DNA of 64,000 nucleotides. Origin: Macrostomum hystrix. Lineage: Eukaryota; Animalia; Platyhelminthes. Shown in pieces: positions 36,796 through 51,963 of the stretch. The first letter of the stretch is position 1, and each line of letters starts with the position of its first letter. The notes beneath the pieces were generated by a model, which worked only from the letters and a program-made list of their open reading frames with translations, did no database searches and was not told the DNA's origin. The position numbers were made by a program, and so were the translations under genes. The DNA is taken from NCBI GenBank assembly GCA_950097015.1, contig CATNEN010000001.1, positions 23,436,001 through 23,500,000 on the forward strand, read 5' to 3'.

Positions 36796-37634
36796 TTATA
36801 CAAACCCGGAATCACCCATCTATATCGTCTAACAACCTTAAGGTATATTGTTATTACTGCACAGGGAATGATGCTTGGCAGAAAATTGAAACAAAATCCA
36901 AAAGAAATAAATTCTGAATAGATTAAAAATCTATTCAACACAATGCATCGGATGCAATAGCTCTGTTTTACATGGGATTAGGGGAAGTAGGACGCAGTTC
37001 CATTGCCAAAACTGCACGCACAGCTTAAATCAAAGAGACAAAGCCAAGGTCAGACAGTTTTTTATTCTATTATGATGGCGTTGGGTTCCTTCCTATTCGC
37101 AGAGGTTCGGGAAAGTTTTTCAGCGCCAGCACGACAGCAGATGGTAGCATTCAATCGACTGTGTAGTGATCCAGGTGTGTTCCTGGAGGAAGCTTTGCAA
37201 ATACTTTTTCTCCATCGTTTATGTTGTGCGCGAATCGATTATTTCCATATTTATAAAAGTCTAAAGGCCAGTTAATTTGGCACAGATGGTAGGCAAGAGG
37301 AAATGCAGCCAACCTTGAAGGTGGTAGAATTTTAGTTCAAGCACAACAGAAAATGCACACTGGAGGTGGGTGGCTTTCAGGACGACACGAAAACATGCCT
37401 TGTTAAAATAGGCTCACATCGCTCTACTCACCCTTGGCGACGCCGTGACACCTCGACCGAAGGTGTGATTGCTCCTACTGAGAGGATTTTGCTCCTGTAG
37501 TGGCAGGCAGTCGGGCCCGATGCCACCGCCACCACGGCAGTCCATCATGTACAACGGACGGTAGACCTGCGTTTGAGTTCCAGACAAATGACACATGTTT
37601 AACAGTTTCAAGACAATGGGTATTTCGCATTCAA

Positions 37635-38082
37635 CCAATCGCCATGAAGATGACGGACACGAGCCAGCATTTTCCGCTCTATCAGATAAAACAACTTCCA
37701 GAATCGCAAAACATCGGCATCGTCTAGATATTCAACGATTCTCTCGGGTTTCTGGTGGCAAGAACCACAAATATAGGCGAAATTTCAACATTTAACCATG
37801 TCGGCTATCATTGTTAACTATTTTGGATTGATTAAATTGTTCATTCTTTATTTTAGAGCAATGTCAGTTATCTTTGACACGAGGGTCTCCGACCAGAACC
37901 GCTGAATATCTTCGCAATGCTTTCAAGACGGCTTTGAAAGTTTAGATTCAGATTATTCTGAATTTTGACTTTCACGAAAATCGGTCATTCAGTTTGGGAG
38001 CTATTGTGAAGTTGGCAGTGGGTATTTGAAATATCCCAGTTGTCTGTCCACTAGGGGAACATTGCCTGGTCTTTCTACTATT
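37635..38082 (+). mobile_element. Dispersed non-autonomous DNA element, copy 2
   Basis: Homologous (inverted) to 9240-9535; ends ...CTAGGGGAACATTGCCTGGTCTTTCTACTA. Confidence 0.65.
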
Positions 38083-39727
38083 AAGTGTGTGATTGTTTGC
38101 CAGGTTGTGACAGGTGTGCTTGCTCAAACTATATTTATCGTTTTGATAAAACCGAATTCTCATTCGATTAAATTTGAACTTTTCAGAAAATAAATTGAAT
38201 CAATCGCGAGGAAAGGCAGGTAACAAGGACAGAGCAATTAATATTTTCCTACGTAGAATGTTTGTGAGGAAGGAAGGTAGATTGTTTTTTATTCCGAGTT
38301 CCTAAGACACCTTTCCGGCTGTGGAAAGTCAATTAAATTTCTGCCTCAATTCCAATCAATTTTCGCTCCAAGACTTTTACCGAGTGAAAGCAATCAACAA
38401 ATTGTCGGCAGAAACTCTCGCTTCCTTTTCACTAGTTTATCTTTTTTGTCGATCAAATTTCTGTCTACTATCGCTTCCAGCCCGGTTGAGCAAGATTTCG
38501 CCGCGCAAAGTGAATCTCAAGCAGAGATACCAATTCCGGACAACAAAATTGTTAGCTTTCAAACTGCTGCGATGCTAGGAGAGGTGATAGATGAGCATGA
38601 CATCTGGGAGGATAATCCTATTGCCTGTCCGCGAGAACACAAGACAGAAAATTTGTTTCTTGAACAACTAAATCTAGCAGGAAAAATCCCAAAAATCCTA
38701 TAATTAACCAGGAGTAATCGAATGTGTCACCATTTATCATCGCCTAGTAACAATGTCCCTGGCAATGGGTGGACAGGTGACCTCAGTTGACACAACCTGG
38801 AGTTGGGATAACAAACGAGAGCTTACAAGCGAGAGAGAAAAGGAAAATATACGTCTTAGTAGATAGACTGAGTGATTGATAAAGCATGCTGAAAGACGCT
38901 GAGAAATGGCATACAAGTATAACTTCTATCAATTTCGCCGGCTTTTGAAGAATTCGGATTTTGTCTCCGGCGCTAATGGCAGCAAGTGCGCCAGTGGAAG
39001 AAGGCGCCCTTAAAGAACAGTCCCGCCACAGCTTTGCTTTGCTGCTAATACTTCAGTATTCTCTAGCATTGACTTGGTGTTACGTAACACCCTGCGACAA
39101 CAGCGGGGACCCAGGGTGACACGAGGACGGGTGCTGGAAATCTCCCCCCTAAATACTCCGACAACTATCGACTAATTTTCGAAACGATGAGACAGCAGCA
39201 GCGGCATCAGCAGCAGCAGCAGCGGGCGAAGGAGTGACTGAGGACGGGGTGAGGAGTCGGCCGGGCGGAACAGAATGGGAGAAATTCTTCATTAGCGCGT
39301 CGAGGCAGCAGCAGAATCTGGCGGACCAGTTCGAGCACACATTGAGTAGCAGCTCTCCAATAATTAAGTGCCGGACTGGCGAGGCTTAGAAGCAGCCGCC
39401 AGCGCTTCTTCTAATGATTCCGCCCCTGTTTGAGGCCTAGCGCCCCGGCGCGACCTACTCTGGATGATGCTTACGAGGTGAAATTTTGGCCAGAATGAAA
39501 GGCCCGTTTTGTTCACTATCGAGTGAGGACCACACACCTTGCTCTGCTAGCCTATTGAGGACACGGAAGCTGTAGGTTTAAAATCTCCCCACTGCGCACC
39601 TCTACAGGGCAATCCCCGATAACCTTTGCCTAGAAGAGCAACTTCCCATGGGATTTACTCGTAGATTGGGACGAGTGCAGACTGGGTACATGGAAGTTCT
39701 AGCTTTCTGGTTTGATAAGAGGTTTGG

Positions 39728-39860
39728 GGAGAGAGGAGAGAGGAGAGAGGAGAGAGGAAAGAGAAGAGAGGAGAGAGGAGAGGGGAGAGAGGAGAGAGGA
39801 AAGAGAAGATAGGAGAGAGGAGAGAGGAGAGAGGAGAGGGGAGAGAGGAGAGGAGAGGGA
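39728..39860. repeat. (GAGAGAG)n-like purine repeat
   Basis: Directly visible. Confidence 0.9.
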
Positions 39861-40692
39861 CAATTGCTCAAGGGAAGTTAGTTCAAATTAAAGGTTTAAA
39901 AAACAGTTTTCCAAATAAAAGTGCGGCAGGCCGAATGCCTGCTGCAATAGTGACATTTCACATGAGAATTGTGTTTCCTGGACCAGCACACGAGCTAAGG
40001 GAAGTGAGTTAGTTGATAGAAAAGCTTCCTCATGCATGAAGCCAGTTCAGAAAACCCGATAGACTTCTATATATAGGGGCAGTTGTTCCATTGTACAGAT
40101 CGATTGAACTCAATCACACTTCTGTGGGTCTCCTGGCGGTCCTGATCAAATCTCGGACAGTTTTTTCATGCATTGATGCTGCTGTAACTGCAGCAATTCA
40201 GTCTTCATTTTTTTGTAGTTCTTTTCCTTCGCAGAGCCTGCCAGAATCACTGAGGCCGTCAATGCCGATAAACTGGCAGAATTCAAATTGGCGCGACAGT
40301 CGGAACCGAGAGTGAGGCCTGCTTGTGACACACACACACACACTCACTCACAACTCACTACTAACCAGTCCTCTTCTTCCTTATTTCTGAGAATCTGTCT
40401 TCCCAGTGTGCTCATTCAAGAGGCAATTTAGCAGCCGCCACGATGGCACTTTGAAGGGGCCGGTCTTAAGAAATGAATTTACGATTTGGACAAGAACTGA
40501 GTGACTGGAGAGACTCAGCCAAGTAAAAATGGCTGAAGAAGATGCTCTGGTAGATGGGACTTAGTCCTCATTCACATTCCATCTAGGGAATGTTTTTTTC
40601 CGAAGCTAAATCGACCAAAGAAAGCTTTCTTAGAAAGCTAAATTTCCCTAGTATTAAACTCACTGTAAAACTCGACTATAGATGGAAAATAA

Positions 40693-41022
<330 letters not shown>

Positions 41023-41716
41023 CAATGAAATACAATGACACATAGTTTTCACATCACATAGACATATCCCCAGGCCATAGTTCTTCGAATTGTGACTCAC
41101 AAATAAGACCAACTATTCCCCATTTCCCAGTAACACCGAGTGGCAGTCACAAAGGCAGTCAGTTACGCCATCATAGACAGACGAAAGGGCCAGAGACAGC
41201 TAAGGATAAAAAGAGGCCGAGTAAATTAGTAGGTATCGCCTTGTCTTAGAAACTAAGATGGAGAACATTGCGAAGGAAGCTGCTGCTGCTGCTGCTGCTG
41301 GGACCATATAAAAAAGCACTCAGTTCGGGGGCAGCCTTTTGAACATTCGCAGCGCACAAGAAAGACACAGTCAGGCTCAAGGGGGTGGATGGGGGGGCCT
41401 CATTGCCCCAGACCGGTAGCATGAAAGGCTGATAATGATGGCCGCTATGATGATACACTGGAGGCAGATGAATTCGCTGCTAATGAATGCAGCTTCAGAG
41501 AGGCGACTCGGCTCTCCAGATTGTCACTAATGAGAACATAAAGGCTTTGGGTTTGTTAGTTTTTTGTACGTAGATTTTCTTATCTCTACCCGGTGTGTTT
41601 TCACCCCTAATTTGAAGATGCTTATCAGGTAGCAGGTGCTGCAGTTGCTTTTAGATCTGGTCGTTCTTCAATCTTGATTACTGCCTGCATTATATTGCAA
41701 AATCAAATCTGTTGTT

Positions 41717-43415
41717 GATCTGACTCAAAACTGCTCTAGATCTGACTCAAAACTGCTCTAGATCTGACTCAAAACTGCTCTAGATCTGACTCAAAACTGC
41801 AGTAGATCTGTCTCAAAACTGCAGTAGATCTGTCTCAAAACTGCAGTAGATCTGACTCAAAACTGCAGTAGATCTGTCTCAAAACTGCAGTAGATCTGTC
41901 TCAAAACTGCAGTAGATCTGACTCAAAACTGCAGTAGATCTGACTCAAAACTGCAGTAGATCTGACTCAAAACTGCAGTAGATCTGACTCAAAACTGCAG
42001 TAGATCTGACTCAAAACTGCAGTAGATCTGACTCAAAACTGCAGTAGATCTGATTCAAAACTGCTCTAGATCTGACTCAAAACTGCAGTAGATCTGACTC
42101 AAAACTGCAGTAGATCTGTCTCAAAACTGCAGTAGATCTGACTCAAAACTGCAGTAGATCTGACTCAAAACTGCAGTAGATCTGACTCAAAACTGCAGTA
42201 GATCTGATTCAAAACTGCAGTAGATCTGACTCAAAACTGCTCTAGATCTGACTCAAAACTGCAGTAGATCTGACTCAAAACTGCAGTAGATCTGACTCAA
42301 AACTGCAGTAGATCTGACTCAAAACTGCAGTAGATCTGACTCAAAACTGCAGTAGATCTGACTCAAAACTGCAGTAGATCTGACTCAAAACTGCAGTAGA
42401 TCTGACTCAAAACTGCAGTAGATCTGACTCAAAACTGCAGTAGATCTGACTCAAAACTGCAGTAGATCTGACTCAAAACTGCAGTAGATCTGACTCAAAA
42501 CTGCAGTAGATCTGACTCAAAACTGCAGTAGATCTGACTCAAAACTGCAGTAGATCTGACTCAAAACTGCAGTAGATCTGACTCAAAACTGCAGTAGATC
42601 TGACTCAAAACTGCAGTAGATATGAATCAAAACTGTAGTAGATCTGACTCAAAACTGCAGTAGATCTGACTCAAAACTGCAGTAGATCTGACTCAAAACT
42701 GCAGTAGATCTGACTCAAAACTGCAGTAGATCTGACTCAAAACTGCAGTAGATCTGACTCAAAACTGCTCTAGATCTGACTCAAAACTGCAGTAGATCTG
42801 ACTCAAAACTGCAGTAGATCTGACTCAAAACTGCAGTAGATCTGACTCAAAACTGCAGTAGATCTGACTCAAAACTGCAGTAGATCTGACTCAAAACTGC
42901 AGTAGATCTGACTCAAAACTGCAGTAGATCTGACTCAAAACTGCAGTAGATCTGACTCAAAACTGCAGTAGATCTGACTCAAAACTGCAGTAGATCTGAC
43001 TCAAAACTGCAGTAGATCTGACTCAAAACTGCAGTAGATCTGACTCAAAACTGCAGTAGATCTGACTCAAAACTGCAGTAGATCTGACTCAAAACTGCAG
43101 TAGATATGAATCAAAACTGTAGTAGATCTGACTCAAAACTGCAGTAGATATGAATCAAAACTGCAGTAGATCTGATTCAAAACTGCAGTAGATCTGACTC
43201 AAAACTGCAGTAGATCTGACTCAAAACTGCAGTAGATCTGACTCAAAACTGCAGTAGATCTGACTCAAAACTGCAGTAGATCTGACTCAAAACTGCAGTA
43301 GATCTGATTCAAAACTGCAGTAGATCTGACTCAAAACTGCAGTAGATCTGACTCAAAACTGCAGTAGATCTGACTCAAAACTGCAGTAGATCTGACTCAA
43401 AACTGCAGTAGATCT
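41717..43415. repeat. Minisatellite, 22-bp unit (AGATCTGACTCAAAACTGCAGT), about 77 copies
   Basis: Directly visible; lies in the protocadherin intron. Confidence 0.98.
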
Positions 43416-43972
43416 TGAATCTAATTCAAATCAAACTGCCAAAAGGATATAGGTGTGATTCAATTGGAGTTGTCATAGTTTCGGAAATGAATGTAAATTA
43501 TCAAAGTCAAACTAATTATTATCGCGATGCTTTTGCCAACAAAACGCCTGAGGGCATATTTCCAAAAACCGAGTGAGCACATTTGAGTAGATCTCAAAAA
43601 TCAAGAAGCTAGAAAAAGCCTTTTGTTACAAAATGCCAGCTACTCGGATGCTCATTTGAGGTTGCCGTGACAACCAGTGTGCAATTTCTGTCGAGCTTCT
43701 GTCAGTTCCGAAATAAGGATTCCCTCAGGGCTCAAATTTGTCCGAACACCGAATATCCCAATCCGGCAAATCTAATAGAACTGCATGAATTTGATCCAGA
43801 TTGAACAAATCTAGCAGCAAATTTCGGCCGAAAAACTTTTCATGACGAGCTCTCTGGTACCTTTTTCAGGTAACAAAAACTTTTTGAGGCAAAAATGAGC
43901 AAAGCACGATTCTTATTTTTCTAACTCAATTAGTAAAGTCAAGTTGCCAGACTTATGGTTGTTTATATTTTG

Positions 43973-45158
43973 CACTCACTCACTCATTCACTCACTCACT
44001 CACTCACTCACTCACTCACTCACTCACTCACTCAATTACTCACTCACTCACTCACTCACTCACTCACTCACTCACTCACTCACTCACTCACTCACTCACT
44101 CACTCACTCACTCACTCACTCACTCACTCACTCACTCACTCACTCACTCACTCACTCACTCACTCACTCACTCACTCACTCACTCACTCACTCACTCAGT
44201 CACTCACTCACTCACTCACTCACTCAATCACTCACTCACTCACTCACTCACTCACTCACTCACTCACTCACTCACTCACTCACTCACTCACTCACTCACT
44301 CACTCACTCACTCACTCACTCAATCAATCACTCACTCACTCACTCACTCACTCACTCACTCACTCACTCACTCACTCACTCACTCGCTCACTCACTCACT
44401 CACACACTCACTCATTCACTCACTCACTACCTCACTCACTCATTCACTCACTCACTCACTCACTCACTCACTCACCCACTCACTCACTCACTCACTACCT
44501 CACTCATTCACTCACTCACTCTCTCACACAGTCACTCACTCACTCACTCACTCAGTCACTCACTCACTCACTCACTCACTCACTCACTCACTCACCCACT
44601 CACTCACTCACTCACTCACTCACTCACTCATTCACTCACTCACTACCTCACTCACTCATTCACTCACTCACTCACTCACTCACTCACTCACCCACTCACT
44701 CACTCACTCACTACCTCACTCATTCACTCACTCACTCTCTCACTCAGTCACTCACTCACTCACTCAATCAATCACTCACTCACTCACTCATTCACTCACT
44801 CACTCACTCACTCACTCACTCACTCACCCACTCACTCACTCACTACCTCACTCACTCACTCACCCACTCACTCACTCACTCACTCACCCACTCACTCACT
44901 CACTACCTCACTCATTCACTCACTCACTCTCTCACTCAGTCACTCACTCACTCACTCAATCAATCACTCACTCACTCACCCACTCACTCACTCACCCACT
45001 CACTCACTCACTCACTCACTCACCCACTCACTCACTCACTCACTCACTCACTCACTCACTCACTCACTCACTCACTCACTCACTCACTCACTCACTCTCT
45101 CACTCACTCACTCACTTACCCACTCACTCAGTCACTCACTCACTCACTCACTCACTCA
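43973..45158. repeat. (CACT)n microsatellite, about 1.2 kb
   Basis: Directly visible; source of the HSLT ORFs. Confidence 0.98.
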
Positions 45159-46317
45159 TTTATTTGCTCTCTGACAATGTACGAGAGCAAAGTTCTTATT
45201 CACTGAACTCATACTCGAATCGTGTGCTCGCACTGCCTGGCTTGATTTGGTGTAATTCGATACTCTAATCCGGCTCAGATAATCCTCCCCTTGCGTGAAG
45301 TTTGGGCCCCACAAAGTGTACCTAAAGAAAGTAACTTTAGCATTGTTAAAGCTAGGACTGAATATTTCAAACCGCCAGGCAAGCTGGCTATTCCATCACA
45401 ATTTCCATTTTGTTATGCAAACATACGAGCTTCGAGCACACACACACTGCTCAAGCAACTTTACGCGCTGCGGGGGTTAAAATATTAGTTCAAGGGAGAC
45501 AGGAAAATGAAAGTTGAAGTCAGGGAGACTGCAGTGAGAGTCGATATGGCATAAACTACTCGTAGTTCTACTAGGAAGTGTGATTTTTTAGTGTTTTGCT
45601 TTGAGAAAACGTATTTTGTTTCTCAGTGAAATTTCTTAGATGCTTGTTGATACTTTGTCCTTTTAATTTCCCACGAGGGCAAGGACATAAGACACTGGGC
45701 AGAAAAAAAACGGAAATTATGAAGACGATCAGCTGCAACACGAGCTCATCTTCCCAGCACACCTGGAACTGCCATTCTCGCTGCTGACAATGCCCCAGTC
45801 CGAGGGGAAGTCAAGAAAAAAAATAATTTCCCATGAAAGATGAAGATGCTAATACAGAAACTATGAGTACACATCGCGCCGAAAGTTTGAACAAACGACT
45901 CTAGTCTCGGGAGCGCTTCTCACAGGAGGGCGTTAAGTATGCTCTACTCATTATTTTTAGTTTGGCTTGAGACCAGGCCAAAAACTTTCCGTTACTCTAC
46001 GCAGCTCGCCGACTGTCTCAGAGGCGGAGGGCTTGTGTTTATCGTGCCGGCCGTGTTTGCTCAGCTTTCATAAACTTCGCGCTAAACATTCACGAATAGA
46101 AAATTCAGCTTTGTAGTCTTTTGGGAAAATCGAGAACGAATTAGACTAAAACACTGTCTTTTTCTAAAGCAACGGCTATTTACAGAGTGTCTGAGGAGAC
46201 ATTACTAACCAAACACGGACTTTAGCAGAGAAATTATTGTAAAATAATGCAGAAAGACTTGTTTAACAGCTTCTTTTAAGGAGTGGTCGATTAAAATAGC
46301 TTTATAAATGGACCTAC

Positions 46318-49071
46318 CTGATTGCAATCCTCCTTCATCAAGCTGCCCATCGGTGAGCCAGATCTTTGCCAGGTGTAAAACTGCGGCTGGTGCTGCTGGT
46401 GCATCTGCTGCTGCTGCTGCTGCTGCTGCAACAGCAACTGCTGCTGCTGTTGGGTTCCGTAGATACGAGGGCTGTCGCGGTAGCCCGGGCACGCGTCCTC
46501 GTCCGTCATCTTGACTCTCGCCTCGCTGTCCGCCGGGTCACTGCCAAACGCCGACAAGCCGGATCGGCCGCGGACGTAGCAGATGGCGGCGATGAGCCCG
46601 ACGGCAATGATGACCGTGCCAGCAATGATCACGACCAGGATGATCAAGCCGCTGAGCCCAGCAGAGCCAAATCGATACATCTGGCCCTTTGGAGCCGTCA
46701 GCTTCAGGTAGAATGTCACGCGATCTTCCAGGGGAGTCGGCATGCCCCTGTCCGACACGATCACCGTGACGGAGTAGATGCCTGGCATTGGTGGCTCGAG
46801 CTGCGGGTCCCACCGCGAGTGCAGCTCGCCCTTGTCCTTGTCAATGCCCAGAAGGCCAGTGGCGTTGCCTTGTCCCAGACGGTAGCTCAGCGTGCCGTTT
46901 TCGCCGCGGTCTTTGTCCTCGGCGATCACCAGCACAAGCATGGACATGCGCGGCAGGTCGGTGTAAACCACCGGGTTGGAGCCTACAAGAGCGCTTGACT
47001 GCGGCTCCCGAATCACCGGCGGGCTGTCGTTGACGTCCTGCACCTCGATATCCAGCTTGACGGTGGATGTCTGGCGCACCTGTCTGCCGAGGTCGTGGGC
47101 TTCAATCACGAGGAAGAATTTGCTGTGCATCTCGCGATCGATCGGTTTCTCCACTGTGATGGTGCCATTGTCGAGCAGCCGCAGGTACTCGTTAGCCACG
47201 TTGTCCGTGCCTGTACCGCTGATCCGGAATCGAACTGTGCCGTTCTCTCCGGCGTCGTCATCTTGAAACTCCACACGACCGACCACAGTGCCACGGGGTG
47301 AGTTCTCCACGACGGAGAAGCCTGCGGGACCGATGTACTGCGGCTTGTTGTCGTTGACGTCACGAAGCTCGATCACCACTCTGGCCGTGTCATTCAGGAC
47401 GCCCCGCGGTCCAGGGTAATTCTTGGCGATGACTTTGAAGCTGATGTAATCATTGACCTCCCGGTCTAAACTGCCTCGCACTTCAATAATGCCACTCGAC
47501 TGGTGAATGGTGAAGTTTTTCTGTCCTTCGGCGTCAAGTTCGTAAAGTACAACACCATAGGTGCCTTTGTCCTTATCGACGGCCTTCACTGGGACGGGAA
47601 GCACAGACAGGCCCTCGGCGAGGTCCTCATATACTGCGGCGTGGAAATTTTTGGTATCGAAGCTCGGCGCAAAGTCATTTGTCTCGTTGATCGGAATGTC
47701 GTAGTTGCGAGAGGCAAATCGTTCCGGTGAGGCACTGTCCAAACAGGTGATCTTGACGGTCTCCACCTGAGAGACCTCGTAGTCAAAGGAGGCTGCCGTG
47801 GTCAGGTTGTAGGTGAGCCGTTCCATCGAGTCGAGGGCTCCGGAGCCGCTGCCCCGCTGCAGTCGGAATCGAGGATTTGACGAATCGATCTCGCAGGTGA
47901 CCAGCCCGATGGACATTTGATCCGCGTCAGTCACCAGCAGAGTCTTGACCAGCTGACCCGCCGACATGTGCTCTTCTAGGACGTGACTGCTCAGCTCCTT
48001 GATTACTGGGTCGTTATCGTTGTAGTCTGTGATGCTGATCTGAACCGTTCCTGTTGACGATCTGGGTGGAGAGCCTTGATCCCGAACGACCACCAAAATG
48101 TCCGCCGAACGCTGGTCCGGCTGCTCGTAGTCCAGGCTCCTAGCCAAGAATAGGCCCCAGTGCCCCGCCTGGAAGCTCACGCTGAAGTGGCTCGTCAAAG
48201 TCGCAGGCGTCACCGTCGCGATGCTGAATGACAGGTTGGCGTTCGGACCCGAGTCACTGTCAGTCGCAGCCAAGGTGCTGATCTTCGAGCCCTGGGCGAG
48301 GTTCTCGGAAAAACTGTGCGTCACCAGAGCTCGGTTGAAAATCGGCGAGTTGTCGTTGACATCAGTGACTCGAATGGTCAGCACAACGGAGCTCACGTGA
48401 AGGCCGTCCGTCGCCTGCAGAGTCACCTGGTACTGCGGCACGTGTTCCCGGTCGAGCGGAACCAGCAGCTTCAGGTAGGGCACAACACCGTCGCGCAGGT
48501 AGACATCGAAGGTGCGGCTCGAGTCGGTCATGCTGTAGTTCTTTACCCGGTACAGCGGCGAGTCCTTGTCACTGGCTGTGGCCAGGCGGATATCAGTGAA
48601 GCCAACCGGCGCGTCCTCGGCAATGTCTATGGGCTCCAGGCTCGGGAAGCTGGGCTTCTGGTCGTTCTCGTCGCGCAGGATGATACGCAGCGTCCTGGTG
48701 ACGATGTAGCCGGGCCGCACGCTGATGGACACGGCGTAGTCCAGGCGGCACTCGAGGGTCTCGCAGCAGCCGGCAAAGCGGCACAGCTCGTCCCTGTCGA
48801 CATCGCGAATGGCGGACACCGTAGTCTGCCGGTCCATTGTGAAGTAGCCGTCCAGCTTATCGTTCAGAGGCGTCATCCGAACGTCCTCGTACTGGCCGGA
48901 GTCGGTCTCGGGCGTTGGCAGAGTTCGGTCCTGTCGAACCAGATTGCCAACTTTGGTGTTGAAGTTGACTCCATCCACTCCTAGCGGCATTTCGATGGTT
49001 CCTAGAGCCGCTTGAGGCCACAGCAGCAGCGGCAGCAGCAGAGACAGCCGTGGCAAAAAAAATCTCAACAT
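46318..49071 (-). CDS. Protocadherin (delta-like, 7 extracellular cadherin repeats): large exon encoding signal peptide, EC1-7, TM and proximal tail
   Basis: ATG at 49071 (MLRFFLPRLSLLLPLLLWPQAALG); DRE/DYE, DxNDxxP and AxDxD motifs in seven repeats; EC1 DRDELC..CC..C; TM LIILVVIIAGTVIIAVGLIAAICYV; donor CAG|gtaggt at 46318 (phase 0). An ectodomain encoded on one exon is typical of protocadherins. Confidence 0.95.
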
Positions 49072-50621
49072 CCTTCGTGGCGCTTTGATTGACAAGATCA
49101 AGGAACAAAATATATTTCAGGAGGGCTAGCAGTAGTCCAACATCTCAACGGAAGTCTGAAATCTGTGAAATCTGTCAATTGCTACTCAAAAAAACTCAGA
49201 AAAGTATCTGAGCTTGAGCTTGGCACAACAGTTTCTTGCCGGAAAGCAACTACAGAAAAGCGGCCTGGACTTGGTCCCTCTTGATCTGTCTTCCTGTCTT
49301 TGAAGCAGAGAGGCTGCCCTCTCCCCCATGACGGGCATTAAGGCTGTTGGACCCTTGGCGCTAGCAGCCGCCTCATTGGTCCAGGCCGGCAGCCAATAGA
49401 AATCGAGCAGTGTTAAAAACAGAATGGACAGGCTACTGGGTCCTCGCACCTTCCTAAAAACACTCATTGTGAGCTCCCAACTTGACTTCGCAGGTGAAAG
49501 GCGTTGGCGGCATTTTCCTTTGTAGGATTCTGTAGATGGTGCCATTGTTAATTGGGGCCAATTATATTCTACCAGGGAGCGAGAAGTTAAGACTAAATCT
49601 TTGGCGGGCACTTAAAACTCACTGCCTGTTCTCACTTATGAGTTTTGAGTAGGACAGCAGAAGCCCTTGAGCTGTACTTATTTCCTGAGAATTTTCTAAG
49701 AATTCTCACTTTTAAAATCGCAGGTACTCAAACCAAGTCTGAGTAGGTTTTGTGTGTTTTTTTCACTTCAATCTCAATAGTGTATGCATCGATTCCCATT
49801 GCAGAGTGACAGTGACACGTGGACAATTCGTGTGCGTTTCTGTGAGACCTTCTCATAATGAAATATTCATTAATCCTGTACAGACAACAGCCAGGCAACA
49901 ATTAGATTTAGCTAATTAATAAGCAAAGAAGAGGAGACCGACGGGCGAAAGCTGCTGCGGCTTAACAAAAATTGTAACGAAAATCAAATCTGCAGAATGT
50001 ACCGATTTTTTTCGTCAGATGCGTTATTAATAAATTATTCTAGGCAAAAAATGTATTGCATCGATAGAAATTTAGCGTAGCAGGAGAAAATTTCAGATTC
50101 AATCAGATAATAAAACACGCTGTGATTTTTTACTTTCTAATTGACTGTACAATATGAATGTTGAAAAATAGACGCTACAAAGTTAGTGTCAAACAATCTT
50201 TGACGATTTCAGAAGAAAAAAATTACACGTGTACAGTCATAAACTGGTTTGGGATCTTGGGATCTGCTGGCGACCCTTACCCCTGTGAGCCAGGCAATAT
50301 AATATTTTCGTGGAGGGGCTGGGGGGAGGGGAGAAAAGTGGAGGCCTGCAGCGGTTGAGTCTACTCATACTTTTTACGAGGCAACGTCGGGCGGGGGTTA
50401 GAAAGTGAGACCCGGGGATGCTTCAGGGCCGCTGCGTGCAGGAAGATGAAGCTGGTGGCAATTAAAAAGTTGCGAAGAGCTGTCAGAATGGGGTGGTCTT
50501 GTGAGTCTCTCTTGGCCAAGGTCAATTTTTAATGCACAGATTTTAGACCAATATGCTCACATTCTGTAATATATAAGGACAAAACCCTGGTAAGCATTGT
50601 TGCATGCTGCATGGAGCAAGA

Positions 50622-51345
<724 letters not shown>

Positions 51346-51963
51346 ATATATAAACTGATACACTATCGTTCTAGACAAACTCTTCACGATGATCTAGACG
51401 CAACTCAAATGACACCTTGGATCTGAGCAACCTGTCATAACAATCGGGTTTAGCTCAATCTTGGTCTCAAAATGATCAAGAATGTGCTCAAAATTCCATT
51501 AAGCTTGCTAGCCTAGCAACGCGGTTCTACACTAGAAAGGGTGGGCGTGGCGCAGACCCAGAAATCGCCCCAGGTGCTACTAAAAGCAAAAGAATCTGCA
51601 AGCTGTTCTCGCACACTTCACCTCAGCGTGCAATTGTTTGTCTCTCTCAAAAGCAATATTAGGGCTCTGAGCAGCTCACATAATGCTTTCCTCACCCTAG
51701 TTCTCACCTGTCTGGCGTGTATAACATGGCTCTTGTGCTCAACACCAGTTCATTGCATAACAATGGCTCTTAGACAAGAGTGCCATTCAGTCTGCTTTAT
51801 CAATTATGATCTGGCGGCAGTGAAAATAGCAAATGACCGACCGCACAGGTTTTGAAGCCTTCTACAAATCCGCCCTAGTGATAAAAAATTGGTTGGCCTC
51901 CTTAATGGCATCTGAAGACATCTTAAGTGCAAATGCTTAGATTTCATTCACAATTCGACCATT

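Noticed and set aside
43944-45268. His/Ser/Leu/Thr-rich ORFs
   Set aside because: (CACT)n microsatellite translation
46366-48984. Plus-strand ORFs of 210 and 222 aa
   Set aside because: Antisense shadows of the GC-rich protocadherin exon
49186-49611. 141-aa ORF upstream of the protocadherin
   Set aside because: Non-ATG start, no recognisable domain; likely 5' UTR or intron
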